Origin: Octopus sinensis
Taxonomy: Eukaryota
Reading direction: 5' to 3'
Assembly: GCF_006345805.1 (NCBI RefSeq)
Contig: NC_043006.1
Span: 57,660,001-57,724,000, forward strand
DNA length: 64,000 nucleotides
A model generated the notes under the pieces. It had not been told where the DNA came from. It was given only the letters and a program-made list of their open reading frames with translations, and ran no database searches. Below, in pieces: positions 25,401 to 37,570 of this stretch. Within the stretch, counting starts at the first letter, position 1, and the number at the start of each line of letters is the position of its first letter. The translations under genes were made by a program, and so were the position numbers.

Positions 25401-26257
25401 GTTTTTTTTCCACACTTGATACAAGTTTCATCAAATACAGGACAGTTTGATTATGCAAGATTATATTCACAAAACAACATTTGTAACAAGATTAGTATAT
25501 ATATATTTCGTTTTTCTCATTTATCTGAAATTCTGAAACAATTTAAATCTGATTAAATGAATTCAATATATGCATTATTCGGGTTACTCGACAGAAGACA
25601 CCGTAATACTTTTACACGATGTCCAAAATGATAACATGACACCTATGTGTCTCGTTTGAACGAATCGTATCAACTATTGCGTGCTGATCTGTATGTCCGT
25701 TTTTATCTAATTAGCAAATACTTGCTGACTCACGTAATATTTCAGAATAACTTTGAAAAGACTGGAGCCACACTTCTTTGTTTGATGTTGTGATAAGCCT
25801 TAGACCCTTTAAGCTAATGTCGATTTCTTTTGGGAAAGAAATGATGGTATTATCGAAGATTTTATGCTGCTAAACTTCATTATTTCAAGTTCCAGAAGTT
25901 TCTCTATTAACAAATATATATAAAAAAAAAAGAACTGTCACTTACAAGCCTCATTTCTAGATTAGTCGTGCATTGTTATTAACCGGTGACGCAATTGACG
26001 TATTTATCATACACTGCTCCTCCAAATGTAATATAGTGAGGTGCTGGTCAGAAGTTGTGTAATATAGTGTAACGCAGAGATGATAGTAGCTTAGTGAAAT
26101 GTACTGTGGTGCTGTGTAGTTGTGTAGTGTAATGTAGTCTTCTGTAACATAGTATGTTGTAAGGTAATGTGTTTGGAGTAATATCCAATAATGTCATACT
26201 AAGCTAGCCCCTTTAAATATTTTCGTATCATATTTTCCAAAGTGTGAGATACTGCTC

Positions 26258-26422
26258 AAAGCGGCGAGCTGGTAGAATTTTTAGCACAACAGGCAATCAT
26301 TTAGTTCTGAGTTCAGTCCCACTGTGTGGCACCTTGGGTATGTGTCTTCTACTATAACTTCTGGCCGACCAAACCCTTGTGGATTTGGTTGACGGAGATT
26401 GAAAGAAGTCTGTCGTATATTA

Positions 26423-26472
<50 letters not shown>

Positions 26473-26640
26473 ACTTGCACGCGTGTGTGTAAGTCTTTGT
26501 GTCAGTGTTTGTCCACCGCCACTGCTTGACAACTGGTGTTGATTTGTTTACGTTCCTGTAACTTAGCGGTCCGACAAGAGAGACCCTTAGGATAAATACC
26601 AAGCTTGACAAAAATGTAGGTAAAAGGGTCGATTCATTCG
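26258..26640 (+). mobile_element. Chimeric SINE: family B head joined to family A body at the B box
   Basis: gcggcgagctggtagaa...gttctgagttca|gtcccactgtgtggcaccttggg. Confidence 0.6.
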
Positions 26641-27119
26641 ACTAAAAAATTATTAAAGGTGATACCCCAGAAAGTAATATCATGGACGACTGCACGAGTT
26701 GACAGTGTCTTGAGCCGCTCCTGATCGTGTTCGGTGAAGAGCCGGCAAGAGTGAAGTTGGTGTGAGATGTCAGCCAGCTCCGAGGAACAGGGACTACAGT
26801 AGTAACGGTAGAGAAGGCAGAGTAAGAAAACCGGTTAGATTGTGATGGCAAACGACGGGGGACTTTGACTAGGACCCAGTATAGGACGTAGATATATGAT
26901 ATGTAGTAGCAACAACTCCATCTCGGACGTAGGATTAGTATTTGATTGAGGGTCACACTTAAGCTTCGTATAAAGATGGTAACTACTGGAAGCTGAAGTA
27001 TTCTCTAGACTTGATGGTGAAGCTAATTTTCGTAATTTATTTTGGTTATCTTGAGGATATGAGATCACAAAATAAGATTATCAGGAATGGTAAAGCTTTT
27101 TGTTTACAGTGTATACGTT

Positions 27120-28190
27120 TGTAGTGAGTCAGGAAAGCTATTTTATGTTGCTGCGGCATTATACAGTTGTGCTATGGCATATTCCATCCAATCAGGGCTT
27201 GGCACGTAAGAATACAAAAGGTAGTTCTTTACCCAAGCAGAGAAGCGCGGTTTTTAACTAGTTGACGAAAAGACGTCACCGATGAACACTCGGCATCAAA
27301 CCGAGAAACCAGCGGTCCCGAGGGACATGGCATTGAAGATACACGTTTACGTCTGAAACGACGCCGTGAGAAGTCCTCTCACTCAACCTTATTCAGGACC
27401 TTATCGTGTTCTTTTCCTTTCTAACAAACATTTCACCATTGACTACAATGGTTCCAGAGACACTGTCTCTGTTGATAGGCTTAAAAGGGCCAATACAGAT
27501 GCTCATAACCCGGAGCCTCATATACCCCACACATACACCGCTTCACACACGTCTCCTCCACCCCCACCAACATACGGAACGACAACCCGCAGTGGTCGTC
27601 GTGTCCATTGGCCCAAGAGAATTTGTAAAACTATTTATATATGACCCATCCCTATATGCCTGTCATTGTCTCAATTTTGCACGCTTGCTTTTCTTAATGT
27701 ATTCATTTCTCCCCCATTGTTTGAACATTTTGCTTTGCATTTTCTCCCTTTTCTTTCTTACTGTTGTTTATATCGACTTGTAGTCTGAACAGTGGGTACT
27801 GTAGTGAGTCAGGAAAGCTATTTCGTGTTGCCGCGGCAAAGTACAGTTGTGCTATGACATACTCCAATCAATCAGGGCTGGATGCGTAGGAATACAAAAG
27901 GAAGTTCACTGCAGAGCAGAGAAGCGCGGTTTTTAACTAGATGGCGAAAAAACGACACAGATGCTATAGTTCCCTTTTCAATATAAAACAGCTTCTAGTT
28001 TCTCACCACCAATCTCGTGCGGCCAACTTGGAGTTCTATCGGCTCTCGACTTGTCACCTACTGAACAACCTAGTTTATTTATGTTAACTTCGCTCCTCGA
28101 AAGTCTGGATGACATTAGCCACAATATTGCCTCATAATGAACTGTATATTTTCGTTTAAGCTAGCTTTGTTCCTATAAGTTTACAACGGC
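27120..28190 (+). mobile_element. Internally deleted Gypsy element: partial 5' LTR, integrase C-terminus, PPT-like tract, 3' LTR (end uncertain)
   Basis: TGTAGTGAG repeats 27120-27283 and 27800-27963; SPLTQPYSGPYRVL...DTVSVDRLK (GPY/F motif) and TRSGRRVHWP at 27290-27640; AACAGTGGGTAC before LTR; TATAAAA ~27982. Confidence 0.8.
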
Positions 28191-28302
28191 TTCCAACAGA
28201 ATCAGTTTGTGCAAAAGTAAGTTATAATACTTTACCTGACTCACATATGCATACGGGCATACTACTTGCCAGCATTCGTTCCTATTTTAATAAAGTCACA
28301 AT

Positions 28303-28564
28303 CTTCTGTTGTGTCTGGAGAGAGTCATTTTCTTTTTGTGCCTTATAATTTAACACACTCACCGGTAAAATTTCCACTTATTTCTTATTTTTATTTTCCT
28401 AAAATTTTCGTTGCGTCTTGCAACCTTTTCAAGACTATTGAAAAGGTTGCAAGATGTGTTAAATTATAAGGCACAAAAAGAGAATGACTCTTCCCACCAA
28501 CAACAGAATATGCTTCAACACACGAACTCATATAAAGAATCTTGCAAACCAAATCCAAAAACGA
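28303..28564. mobile_element. 262-bp fold-back insert with 14-bp TSD (U3-A8 hammerhead family)
   Basis: TSD AATAAAGTCACAAT at 28289-28302 and 28565-28578; inverted arms meet at ~28432; same family as 12090-12378. Confidence 0.85.
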
Positions 28565-29461
28565 AATAAAGTCACAATGTTTTGTTTAAAATCTGCCTTC
28601 TGATATTCATTACACAGGCTTCTCAAAAGCGCATTTAATGGACTTTGTCACGAACACTTTTCATACTTTAAATTAGTGATCACTCCACACTAAACGTTTT
28701 TCTAAAGTGTACGAATTTTATTATTCTGAGCAGAGCAGACGTTGTTAAATCCAGGTCTATTCGACCATTTTTATGACGAGATTAATTAAATGATCGAACA
28801 ACTAAATACAGTTCACAAACCAGTGACGAAGCCACGGCATGGTCATTCCACCTGTTAGAAATAGTCTTTAGAAAGAAAAGATGCACTGGCGAACACAGTT
28901 ATGAATACATGTGTACCAGAAAAAGAAAAGTGACTTGTCACTCACCGCAGAATAGTAGTTTAAACGATTAAAAGTCGACACAAAATGTAGAGCTGATATT
29001 TTTAGAAGTGGGTCGAGGCATCGTAATAATCGAGTGAATAGTATATATGGCTCTATAGATGACGTAAAGTAAATTAAAGGAACTTATATCACACATATGA
29101 AACCTCACTGAATAAGATACATAACTCTAAAACTGAACAGTTGTGATTGTTGTTAGTAAGCAGGTGATAAATAGTAATGCAAATGATTATTCTAGATGAT
29201 ACAAATGATTATCTCGTATGTTTGTTGTTCATTGACGTACCATCTTCAAACACAGAAGACAACCAATATTTTGTTTCAAGTGATTTATTATTGTATGTTA
29301 AAACAAACCATAACGTCATTGTTCCTGGTATCAAACCTACAGTCTGCCAATCTGCTGTCTCATCATCATCATGTTGTTCTGTTGACAATACTGTAGGATT
29401 TTTTGTTATCTATCTCTGTGTGATATCTCCACTTGTAGGGTGCTCACACATTTCCCTACAA

Positions 29462-29857
29462 TGTTGTAGAAAGGAATGAAACGGCAGGAACATGAATAGC
29501 TGAACAAATAACAATAATAGTTTATTATTTCACAGAAGGAGTTACTTCATCGCTGGTCATCGGTAGCATGAACGCCTGGGTTAGGAAGGCAGCAGAGTCG
29601 GATTAAATCACCATGGTTAAAACAGTCTTGTTCGCCTTCGAGTCTGGTTCACCCCTTCGCTCGGAGCCTTGTCGGAATAGGTCTTAATTCATCGACCACC
29701 AAGAGCCAAGAGGCTTGGAATAGCGGGAAAAGTTAACTGCTCCTGATTACTGCGCATGCGCATCAGGGGACTTCCGGCGGCCTACCGGATGACACCAAAT
29801 ATTGCACATGCTCAGATAGACATCCCAAAATGGCGTCTGAAACCTGGCGTCACTACA
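29462..29857 (-). mobile_element. Solo LTR, Gypsy-like
   Basis: Minus strand TGTAGTGAC...AATAAA...CTACAACA; GC-rich island; no clean TSD. Confidence 0.6.
29751..29835. promoter_or_regulatory. NRF1-like, ETS-like and YY1-like motifs inside the solo LTR
   Basis: TGCGCATGCGCA 29751-29762; ACTTCCGG 29770-29777; CAAAATGGCG 29826-29835. Confidence 0.45.
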
Positions 29858-30551
29858 ATACTGATAACGTACTTACTATTCAGTGTCTCTTAATTCCCCT
29901 TCGTCTTCTACAAAATTGGAGAAAGAACTAATGGAGCATAACACCACCGACTCCAAATGATAAATTATCATTTCAACCTATACTTCACCGAGTTCATCTA
30001 TCATTTATTACAAGTAGATTACATTAATAATTTACAAAATTAACTTTTCTTTATTTTGATCCACTGTTAAGTTGAATATTTTTTATAATACATATCAATT
30101 TATATGTTTTGTATAGTTGCTCGTACCATCAAAAGTGATGACATATGGAATTCATATTTTGTCAAGATTTTGAACTATGTCTTGTAAACACCGTGCTTAT
30201 TTTGATTCTCTTCATTAACACCTACTCTTAATCTTCTGATGCAGTGGTTCTCTTTTTTATCTTTGATAGCACCCCTCCTTCCTTCTAAGTAATTGTTATA
30301 CTTAGCACCCACCTATGTGGTGGGTCAGGTATCTTTGAATTAAGTTAACATGATAATTTATAAATTTTACTCTAAAATTAGATTGTATAAGCTTTTAAGA
30401 GTGAAATGATAAAAAGTTAATGAAGACAAAAATTGTAAGTTTACTTTATTCATTGCAAGTTTATGACTTCCCTGTGGCTTATGAGATCTTATTTTATTTC
30501 AATAACCATTACAAGTTTAATCATATATAATATCATATATCATATATTAAC

Positions 30552-30780
30552 GAAGGCGGCGAGCTGGCAGAAACGTTAGCACGCCGGCGAAATGCGTTGC
30601 TGTATTTCGTCTGCCGTTACGTTCCGTGTTCAAATTCCGCCGAGGTCGACTTTGCCTTTCATCCTTCGGGGTCGATAAATTAAGTCCAGTTACGCACTGG
30701 GTCGATGTAATCGACTTAATCCGTTTGTCTGTCCTTGTTTGTCTCCTCTGTGTTTAGCCCCTTGTGGGTAGTAAAGAAAT
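30552..30780 (+). mobile_element. Full-length young SINE family B with 10-bp TSD
   Basis: TSD ATATATTAAC at 30542-30551 and 30781-30790. Confidence 0.9.
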
Positions 30781-31179
30781 ATATATTAACTACTATTCGT
30801 AAAATTTAGTATGTTAATTATGTTACCTCACCGCCCCCTAAAATATGAAACTTCCCTCGACACACCCAGCGCCCGCTTAGGGGCGGTACCGCCCACGTTG
30901 AGAAGCTTTGTTGTAACGGTTTACTCTCATCAACTCCTCTGTATCTATCTATTAATCTCCCTCTCTCTTTCTGTCTTATGGTCTTTTCATCTGAGATTTC
31001 TAATTCTGAGTCGAAGACTTTTGGTTTCTTGAGCTCATTTTTCTGCTTGCTCTATAGCGCCGCATGCACTCGGCTCTTGTTGCACAACATACATATATCC
31101 GTTTTTCAGGGATCTCCTGGAATTTCGAGACCTCCTCTCTGATTTCGTGCCTTGGATAGTTGATATTCATTGCTTTAGA

Positions 31180-31395
31180 TGAGGCGGTGAGCTGGAAGAA
31201 CCGTTAGCACTCTGGGCAAAATGCTTAGCAACATTTCGTCCGTCTTTACGTTCTAAGTTGAAATTCTGCCGAAGTCAACTTTGCCTTTCTTCCTTTCGGA
31301 GTCGGTGAGATAAGTACCAATTGAACACTGGGGTCGATGTAATCGACTTACCCCCTCTCCCAACATTGCTGGGCTTGTGGCAAAATTTGAAACCA
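31180..31395 (+). mobile_element. SINE family B
   Basis: gaggcggtgagctggaagaa...gtcaactttgcctttc. Confidence 0.8.
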
Positions 31396-31974
31396 GTGTA
31401 TAGTATATATGTATGTATGTATGTATGCATGCATGTACGTACGTGTCTTCATCTTTATGATGATGATTATCATCATTTTTCCATGTTTGCATAGGTCAAA
31501 CGGAATTTAATGAGGCAGAATTTATTGTTTACCCCTCAGTCAGCTTTGATTGAATTGTATTCCTTCAATGAAAAACCCATCCTTTTTTTTCCTTCCATAC
31601 ATATGTATGTATGTTAGGTCACTTGTGACGTCTCTTATGTGTGCTGCAGGTGACATCGAATCCAGTGATCTGTTGCATGATCGAATCGTTGATCACTAAA
31701 CCGGCACCCACAACCGGACTAGCCTAGTGAGAAGAGTTGCTAGAAACCCCAACAGGACGAAACAACTAGACCTGTCAAAAGTACGGATGAACTCAGTGTA
31801 GGTCCAACGACTATTAGCAATGACACGGCCTCTCACAAAGTCGGGTTGGGCTGCGGCTTGCTGGTAGACCACTGAGTGTTGAGCCACCCCTCAGCTTTTG
31901 TTCAAGTATGTCTCTTCTATTTGAGGGTTCTTTCCGCAGTGTGTGTCATAAAAAAACCCCTCAAATGTGACACG

Positions 31975-32182
31975 ATAAGCACTTGACTGGAACCCGCAGG
32001 GGAAGAGGAAGCGAGGACGCCCGAAGCAGGCATGAAAGCGGGAGCATTTTGAACAAGCTCAGGACCACCGGCCTGACATGGGAAGCAGCCAAGAAACACG
32101 CCAATGACCGCAAAAAGTGGAAAACAACTGTTGAGGTCCTATGCTCCACAAGGGGCAAAAAGGATAAGAAGAAGAAGAAGAT
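31975..32182 (+). mobile_element. RTE-clade LINE 3' end with (AAG)n tail
   Basis: LDWNPQGKRKRGRPKQA...LTWEAAKKHANDRKKWKTTVEVLCST. Confidence 0.75.
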
Positions 32183-32322
32183 GTCTCTTCTGAGAAATGA
32201 TCACTCTAATATAAAACCAGATATGCAGGGAATGCATTGGTAATTTTGAGGATCTTTTCCTTGAGCTTGAGATCACGGTGCTCCCACATTCCTGAGCGTG
32301 TGACCCATATTGACACTAAATA

Positions 32323-32424
32323 TTGGGTTGTCCGGAAAGTTCGTGCCGATTTTTAAAGGAAAGAAAAAAAGGCCAATAAATACTTGCCATTACATTTTTA
32401 ATCAACCAAATATGAACCATTTTG
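32323..32424 (-). mobile_element. Mariner terminal fragment (same family as 52831-53381)
   Basis: TA|TTGGGTTGTCCGGAAAGTTCGTGCCGATTT TIR; ~100-bp match to 52831 onward. Confidence 0.8.
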
Positions 32425-32679
32425 ATCATGTCAATAGGCTGGAAACATAGGCTCGGGAACAGGGTGTGCGGAGGTTGGTTGTGGGGATGGGTGAAAGCAC
32501 CCTACACCTTAAAATTCTTTTGGAGTGGGGGCAATGAAAAGGTTTAGAACATGCCCCTGGAACAACTTCATCGCCAAAACGAAACGAACATACGCCTGAA
32601 AAACTTCATCGCCAAAACGAACATTACTATTCCATTATTGGAATTATCTGATTCGATTGATGTACAAATATAATATTGG

Positions 32680-33950
32680 TTTCAAACATTTTAGCACAAG
32701 GTCAGCAATTACATTGACTCAAGTGCTCACTTGATACTTATTTTATTGACCCCCAAAAGGGATGAAACGTAAAGTCGGCGACATTTGAACTCAGAACGTA
32801 AAGGCAGACGAAATGCCACTAAGCATATTGCCCGGCGAGCTAATAATTCTGCCAGCTCACCGCCTTATGTACAAATATCCCTTCTTCTAAGAAGCACAAG
32901 GCCTGAGACTTTAGGGGACTATTCGACTACATCGACCCCAATGTTTCATTGGTATTTAATTTATCGACCTCGAAAGGATAAAAGGTAAAGTCGACCTCGG
33001 CGGAATTTGAACTCACATCGTGCAGACGGACGAATTACCTATTTCTTTATTACCCACAAGGGGCTAAACACAGAGGGGACAAACAAGGACAGACATAGGT
33101 ATTAAGTCGATTACATCGACCCCAGTGCGTAACTGGTACTTAATTTATCGACCCCGAAAGGATGAAAGGCAAAGTCGACCTAGGCGGAATTTGAACTCAC
33201 AACGTAACGCAGACGAAATACCGCTAAGTATTTCGCCTGGCGTGCTAACGATTCTGCCAGCTCTCCGCAGGACGAATTACCACTAAGCATTTCAGCCGCT
33301 GTGGTAGCGATTCTGCCAGCTCACCGCCTTAAATGTAATCTTTTCTACTCTAGGCACAAGGCCCGAAATTTTGGGGGAGTGGGTGCCAGTCGAGTAGATT
33401 GACCCAAGTACGCAACTGGTACTTAATTTATCAACCCCAAAAGGATGAAAGGCAAAGTTGACCTCCGTGGAATTTGAGCTCAGAACGTAAAGACAGACGA
33501 AATAAAATATTCTTTTCTACTCTAGGCACAAGGCCCGAAATTTGGGGGAGGGGTGACAGTCTATTAGATGGACCAGTACGCAACTGGTACTTAATTTATC
33601 GACCCCGAAAGGATGAAAGCAAAGTCGACCTCAGCGGAATTTGAACTCAGATCGTGCAGATGGACGAATTACTACTAAGCATTTCGCCCACCGTGCTAGC
33701 GATTCTGCCAGCTCGCCACCTTAAGTATAATATTAATTCTTTCTACTGGAGGTACAAGGCCTCAAATTTGTGGGGAGGAGACTAGTCGATTACACCAACC
33801 TCAGTGTTTCACTGGTACTTAATCTATCGGCCCCAAAAGGATGAAAGGCAAAGTCGACCTCGGCGGAATTTGAACTCAGAACGTAGTGACGGGTGAAATA
33901 CCGCTAAGCATTTCGTCCAACTTACTGACGATTCTGCCAGCAAGCCGCAT
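32680..33950 (-). mobile_element. Array of ~6-7 SINE family B copies and fragments
   Basis: repeated GGATGAAAGGCAAAGTCGACC core. Confidence 0.85.
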
Positions 33951-34575
33951 TAGATATAAAACTAATAATAATAATAATTATTATTATTATTATAATTATC
34001 ATCATCATTATTATTATTATTATTATTATACCTGAAGGTCTAATGAGCGTTCTGCAAGCTTTGTAGGACCGAAAAAATTGCACTGATATTACTTTGTCAA
34101 CGATAAACATACTCGTCTAGAAGTTGACAGCCATCATCATGTATGTACGAATGTAAACGTGTATGTATATACGTACGTATGTATATATTTGTATGTATGT
34201 ATATTATTATGTATGCACACATGTATGTATGTATGTATGTATGCATTTATGTATGTGTTTGTATATAAGTAAGGATATATATACATATACATATATATAT
34301 ATACATACATATATATATATATATATACATACATACATACATACATATATACATACATACATATATATATATTATATATATATTATATATATATATTTGT
34401 ATGCATGCATGCGTGTATATGCAGTAGAGAAAACTAGGGGGAAATATGAAAAAAAAATTATGAGAATGAGACTAAGAGAGAGAGAGAGGCTGAAATATAG
34501 ATATACAATTAGAGAAGATTTATAGATACATGGATCAGACACACCTAAAGGTGATTCGTGTTTAACAATGTTTAT

Positions 34576-34599
34576 ATGGCGACATGTCGTCACATGTTG
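34576..34599 (+). CDS. Candidate first coding exon MATCRHML
   Basis: ATGGCG start, donor TTG|GTAAGG; just upstream of CpG-depleted domain. Confidence 0.3.
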
Positions 34600-34921
34600 G
34601 TAAGGCTATGTTAAATATATGAAAAGCTTCGCTGCTGAAGAATCTGTTTGAGTTTGTAAATTCTGAAGAAATATCGGTTTGTATTTCTTATAGCTTCGTA
34701 ATTAGAAATTCACGTCAGATCTGATTACCCTTCTTGTTAAAACAGACTGTCAAATATCTCAGTTAAGGCTAGACTAGACATCAAATTATCATTTTGCCCA
34801 TCTTCTTATTGCTAGTGTCTGATTCAAACTGTGTACATACGCACAACCAGACACACACTCACATCACTCTTTCTCATAGACACAGAAGATACAGACAGTC
34901 TAACACAGTTAGAATGAAAAA

Positions 34922-35085
34922 CCTTCAATGAAAAACCCATCCTTTTTTTTCCTTCCATACATATGTATGTATGTTAGGTCACTTGTGACGTCTCTTATGT
35001 GTGCTGCAGGTGACATCGAATCCAGTGATCTGCTGCATGATCGGATCGTTGATCACTAAACCGGCACCCCCAACCGGACTAGCCT
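34922..35085 (+). repeat. 164-bp near-identical copy of 31562-31725
   Basis: 3 mismatches seen by eye. Confidence 0.9.
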
Positions 35086-35300
35086 TCAACCAGGACTTCA
35101 ACCGGACTTCAACCAGGGTTCCGCCAGTACAGTCCAGGGGTTCCGCAAGAAGTTACAAAACTGCTAAAATCGGCAGTAATTTTTATTTCTCTTGTGCAGA
35201 TATGTGTGCATAAGATTATTAAATTATTGCACAGGGGTTCCTCGAGCCAGTGGAATGTTTCCTTGGGGTTCCGCTCCAGCCAAAAGGTTGAAAAGCACTG
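35086..35300. mobile_element. hAT-like MITE with damaged left end
   Basis: ends GGTTGAAAAGCACTG; internal GGGGTTCC repeats. Confidence 0.55.
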
Positions 35301-35451
35301 GTCTAACATAATGCATACACACACACACATATACATAAACTAAAAAAATACTCATTATAGACGTACACATGCATTTACACTCCCTCTCACAAACATGTGT
35401 ACATATCCAAACAATTACCTTGCCACACACACTCACACAAATCATTCTCAT

Positions 35452-35800
35452 CATCATCATCATTGTCGTTTAACGTCCGCTTTCCATGCTAGCATGGGTT
35501 GGACGATTTGACTGAGCACTGGTGAACCAGATGGCTGCACCAGGCTTCAATCTTGATCTGGCAGAGTTTCTACAGCTGGATGCCCTTCCTAACGCCAACC
35601 ACTCCGAGAGTGTAGTGGGTGCTTTTACGTGCCACCGGTACGAGGGCCAGTCAGGCGGTACTGGCAACAGTCACGGAAAATTGTTTTTTTTTTTTTTCCG
35701 TGTCACCTGCACACCGGCAAAAGTGCCAGTAAGACGACGCTGGTAACGATCACGCTCGAATCGTGCCTCTGGCACGAACGCAAGTTAGCTGCTCTGGCAA
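35452..35800 (-). mobile_element. Repeat family D with RTE-like (ATG)n tail
   Basis: (cat)n...gtttaacgtccgctttccatgctagcatggg...ggatgcccttcctaacgccaacc; related copies ~36530, 52135, 56455, 60978. Confidence 0.7.
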
Positions 35801-35829
35801 CAAGGGAAACACACACACACATACATATA

Positions 35830-36120
35830 TTATGGACTCTCCCGTTGAAGACGACGTATGAGTTCAGCTTTTGCCGAACGACCTGCACACATCATTTGTT
35901 TATAGTGATCAAATGTTCGTGCCGAACATTATCTCACTCTCTCCATCGGATCGACGTTGTCTGAACAGGGGCACAGTGTACCACGCATCAGGTACCGAAG
36001 TGATAGCAGAGCAAAGATGAAGTGTTTAGCTCCAAAACACAACGCACCTCCCACTCTAGGAATTGAAATCACGATCAAGCAATCGTAAGTGCAATACTCT
36101 AACCGCTAGGCCATGCACCC
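35830..36120 (-). mobile_element. SINE family C variant
   Basis: ends gaattgaaatcacgatc...aaccgctaggccatgc. Confidence 0.65.
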
Positions 36121-36157
36121 TCACACACACACACACATACATACATACACACACACA

Positions 36158-36365
36158 CGAAAAGTTCCTGGTTTTAAGGATATTGTAAAAGGCGAGGTTG
36201 GAAACCCAACCTTCTGAGTTCTTTTGCAGGGCTTAGTAAAAATGAAGGACCACTGCAACAAGTGTGTGAATCTGAGAGGGGAATATGTTGAATAAAATGA
36301 TAAGTAACTGACCCTCCTACATTTTCTTTTACCTAACGCCAGGAACTTTTCAGCAGACCATGGCA
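36158..36365. mobile_element. Mariner-type MITE (~210 bp)
   Basis: TIR GAAAAGTTCCTGG/CCAGGAACTTTTC; same family as 49695 and 62955. Confidence 0.7.
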
Positions 36366-36371
36366 TATAGG

Positions 36372-36404
<33 letters not shown>

Positions 36405-37364
36405 ATGTATGTGTGTATATGTATATATATATATATATAATATATATATATATATAATGCAAATACATGAACATGTATGTATACAAATACATGTATACAC
36501 GCAAACACAAAATCCAAGTTCTTCCGATATAATTGTTCATTTGCTTAGCATTTACTCATGGCAGCATGGGTTAGACAAAAAGTTATTTGAAGCAGGATTT
36601 TATGGACAGATGTTCTTCCTGTCATCAACCTTTAACTGTTTGTCAAGTAAGGGATTTTTCTTTTGTAGATCTTGGAAATCACAGAACAACTGGTCTATAA
36701 CATGAATAAAGGGATGTATGCATCATGTCACCGTTTCACTTGGATGGTGGCAAGAAAAGCTGTGGAATGTCAGCACTCAGGATCTAGTTAATTTGATTCA
36801 CAGATTCTGCATGTTTTTTTTAAGGAAGTAAAAAATCTGAAAATCGGTTGTATTGATGTAGTTTTCCACTCTTATTGCTGTAAATCCACGATCTTGTGAA
36901 GAAGAAGTTACAGAGGTTTAAAAATAAAAAAAAAAATCTTTGTATTTTTAGTCAATAGTGAGACAGTGGTGTCAACTTTAAGGTTGTTCCCTGTGAAATT
37001 TATAGTTTAGCTTCTGTGAAATGACCTGTTACCTGTGGTTGCTTTATGTGTACTTCAGTATTATGTATACCTTTTATGTACATCATTAATATATAAGTTC
37101 ATGTATTCATATGTAAGTTTATATGTACATATGAATCAATTTAACCAGATCCAATACACAAAAAACACACACACATGAACGCACATATATACCCACACAC
37201 ACATATACACACACAAATACCTCCTCACACACAACACCCACACATACACATACGTACATACACGCACACATACACACACACACACACGTGCAGTACAGAC
37301 GGGTGAGGTGAAAGACATCACAACGTGCGATTGTCATAGTAACAAGCTGTTAATCTTTTCTGCT

Positions 37365-37570
37365 CTAGACACAAAGCCCAAAATTTTTTGAGAGGGGGCC
37401 AGTTGATTAGATCAACTCCTGTATGCAATTGGTACTTAATTTATCAACCCCAAAAGGATGAAAGGCAAAGTTGACCTCAACAGAATTTGAATTCAGAACA
37501 TAAAGACAGACAAAATACTACTAAGCATTTCACCAGGCATGCTAACGTTTCTGCTAGCTGGCCGTCTTGG
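37365..37570 (-). mobile_element. SINE family B, CpG-decayed
   Basis: gttgacctcaacagaatttgaattcagaacat versus consensus gtcgacctcggcggaatttgaactcagaacgt. Confidence 0.8.

Noticed and set aside
26680-27060. Purine-rich coding-like stretch
   Set aside because: All frames are interrupted and no motif was recognised
31740-31810. GGAC-GAAAC...GUC...CGGAUGA hammerhead-like words
   Set aside because: No stem I can form, core has U4>G and the stem II partner is out of register
34030-34085. CUGAA-GGUC...GACC-GAAA motif beside (TAA)n
   Set aside because: Core is short by two bases and there is no stem I; cannot be supported
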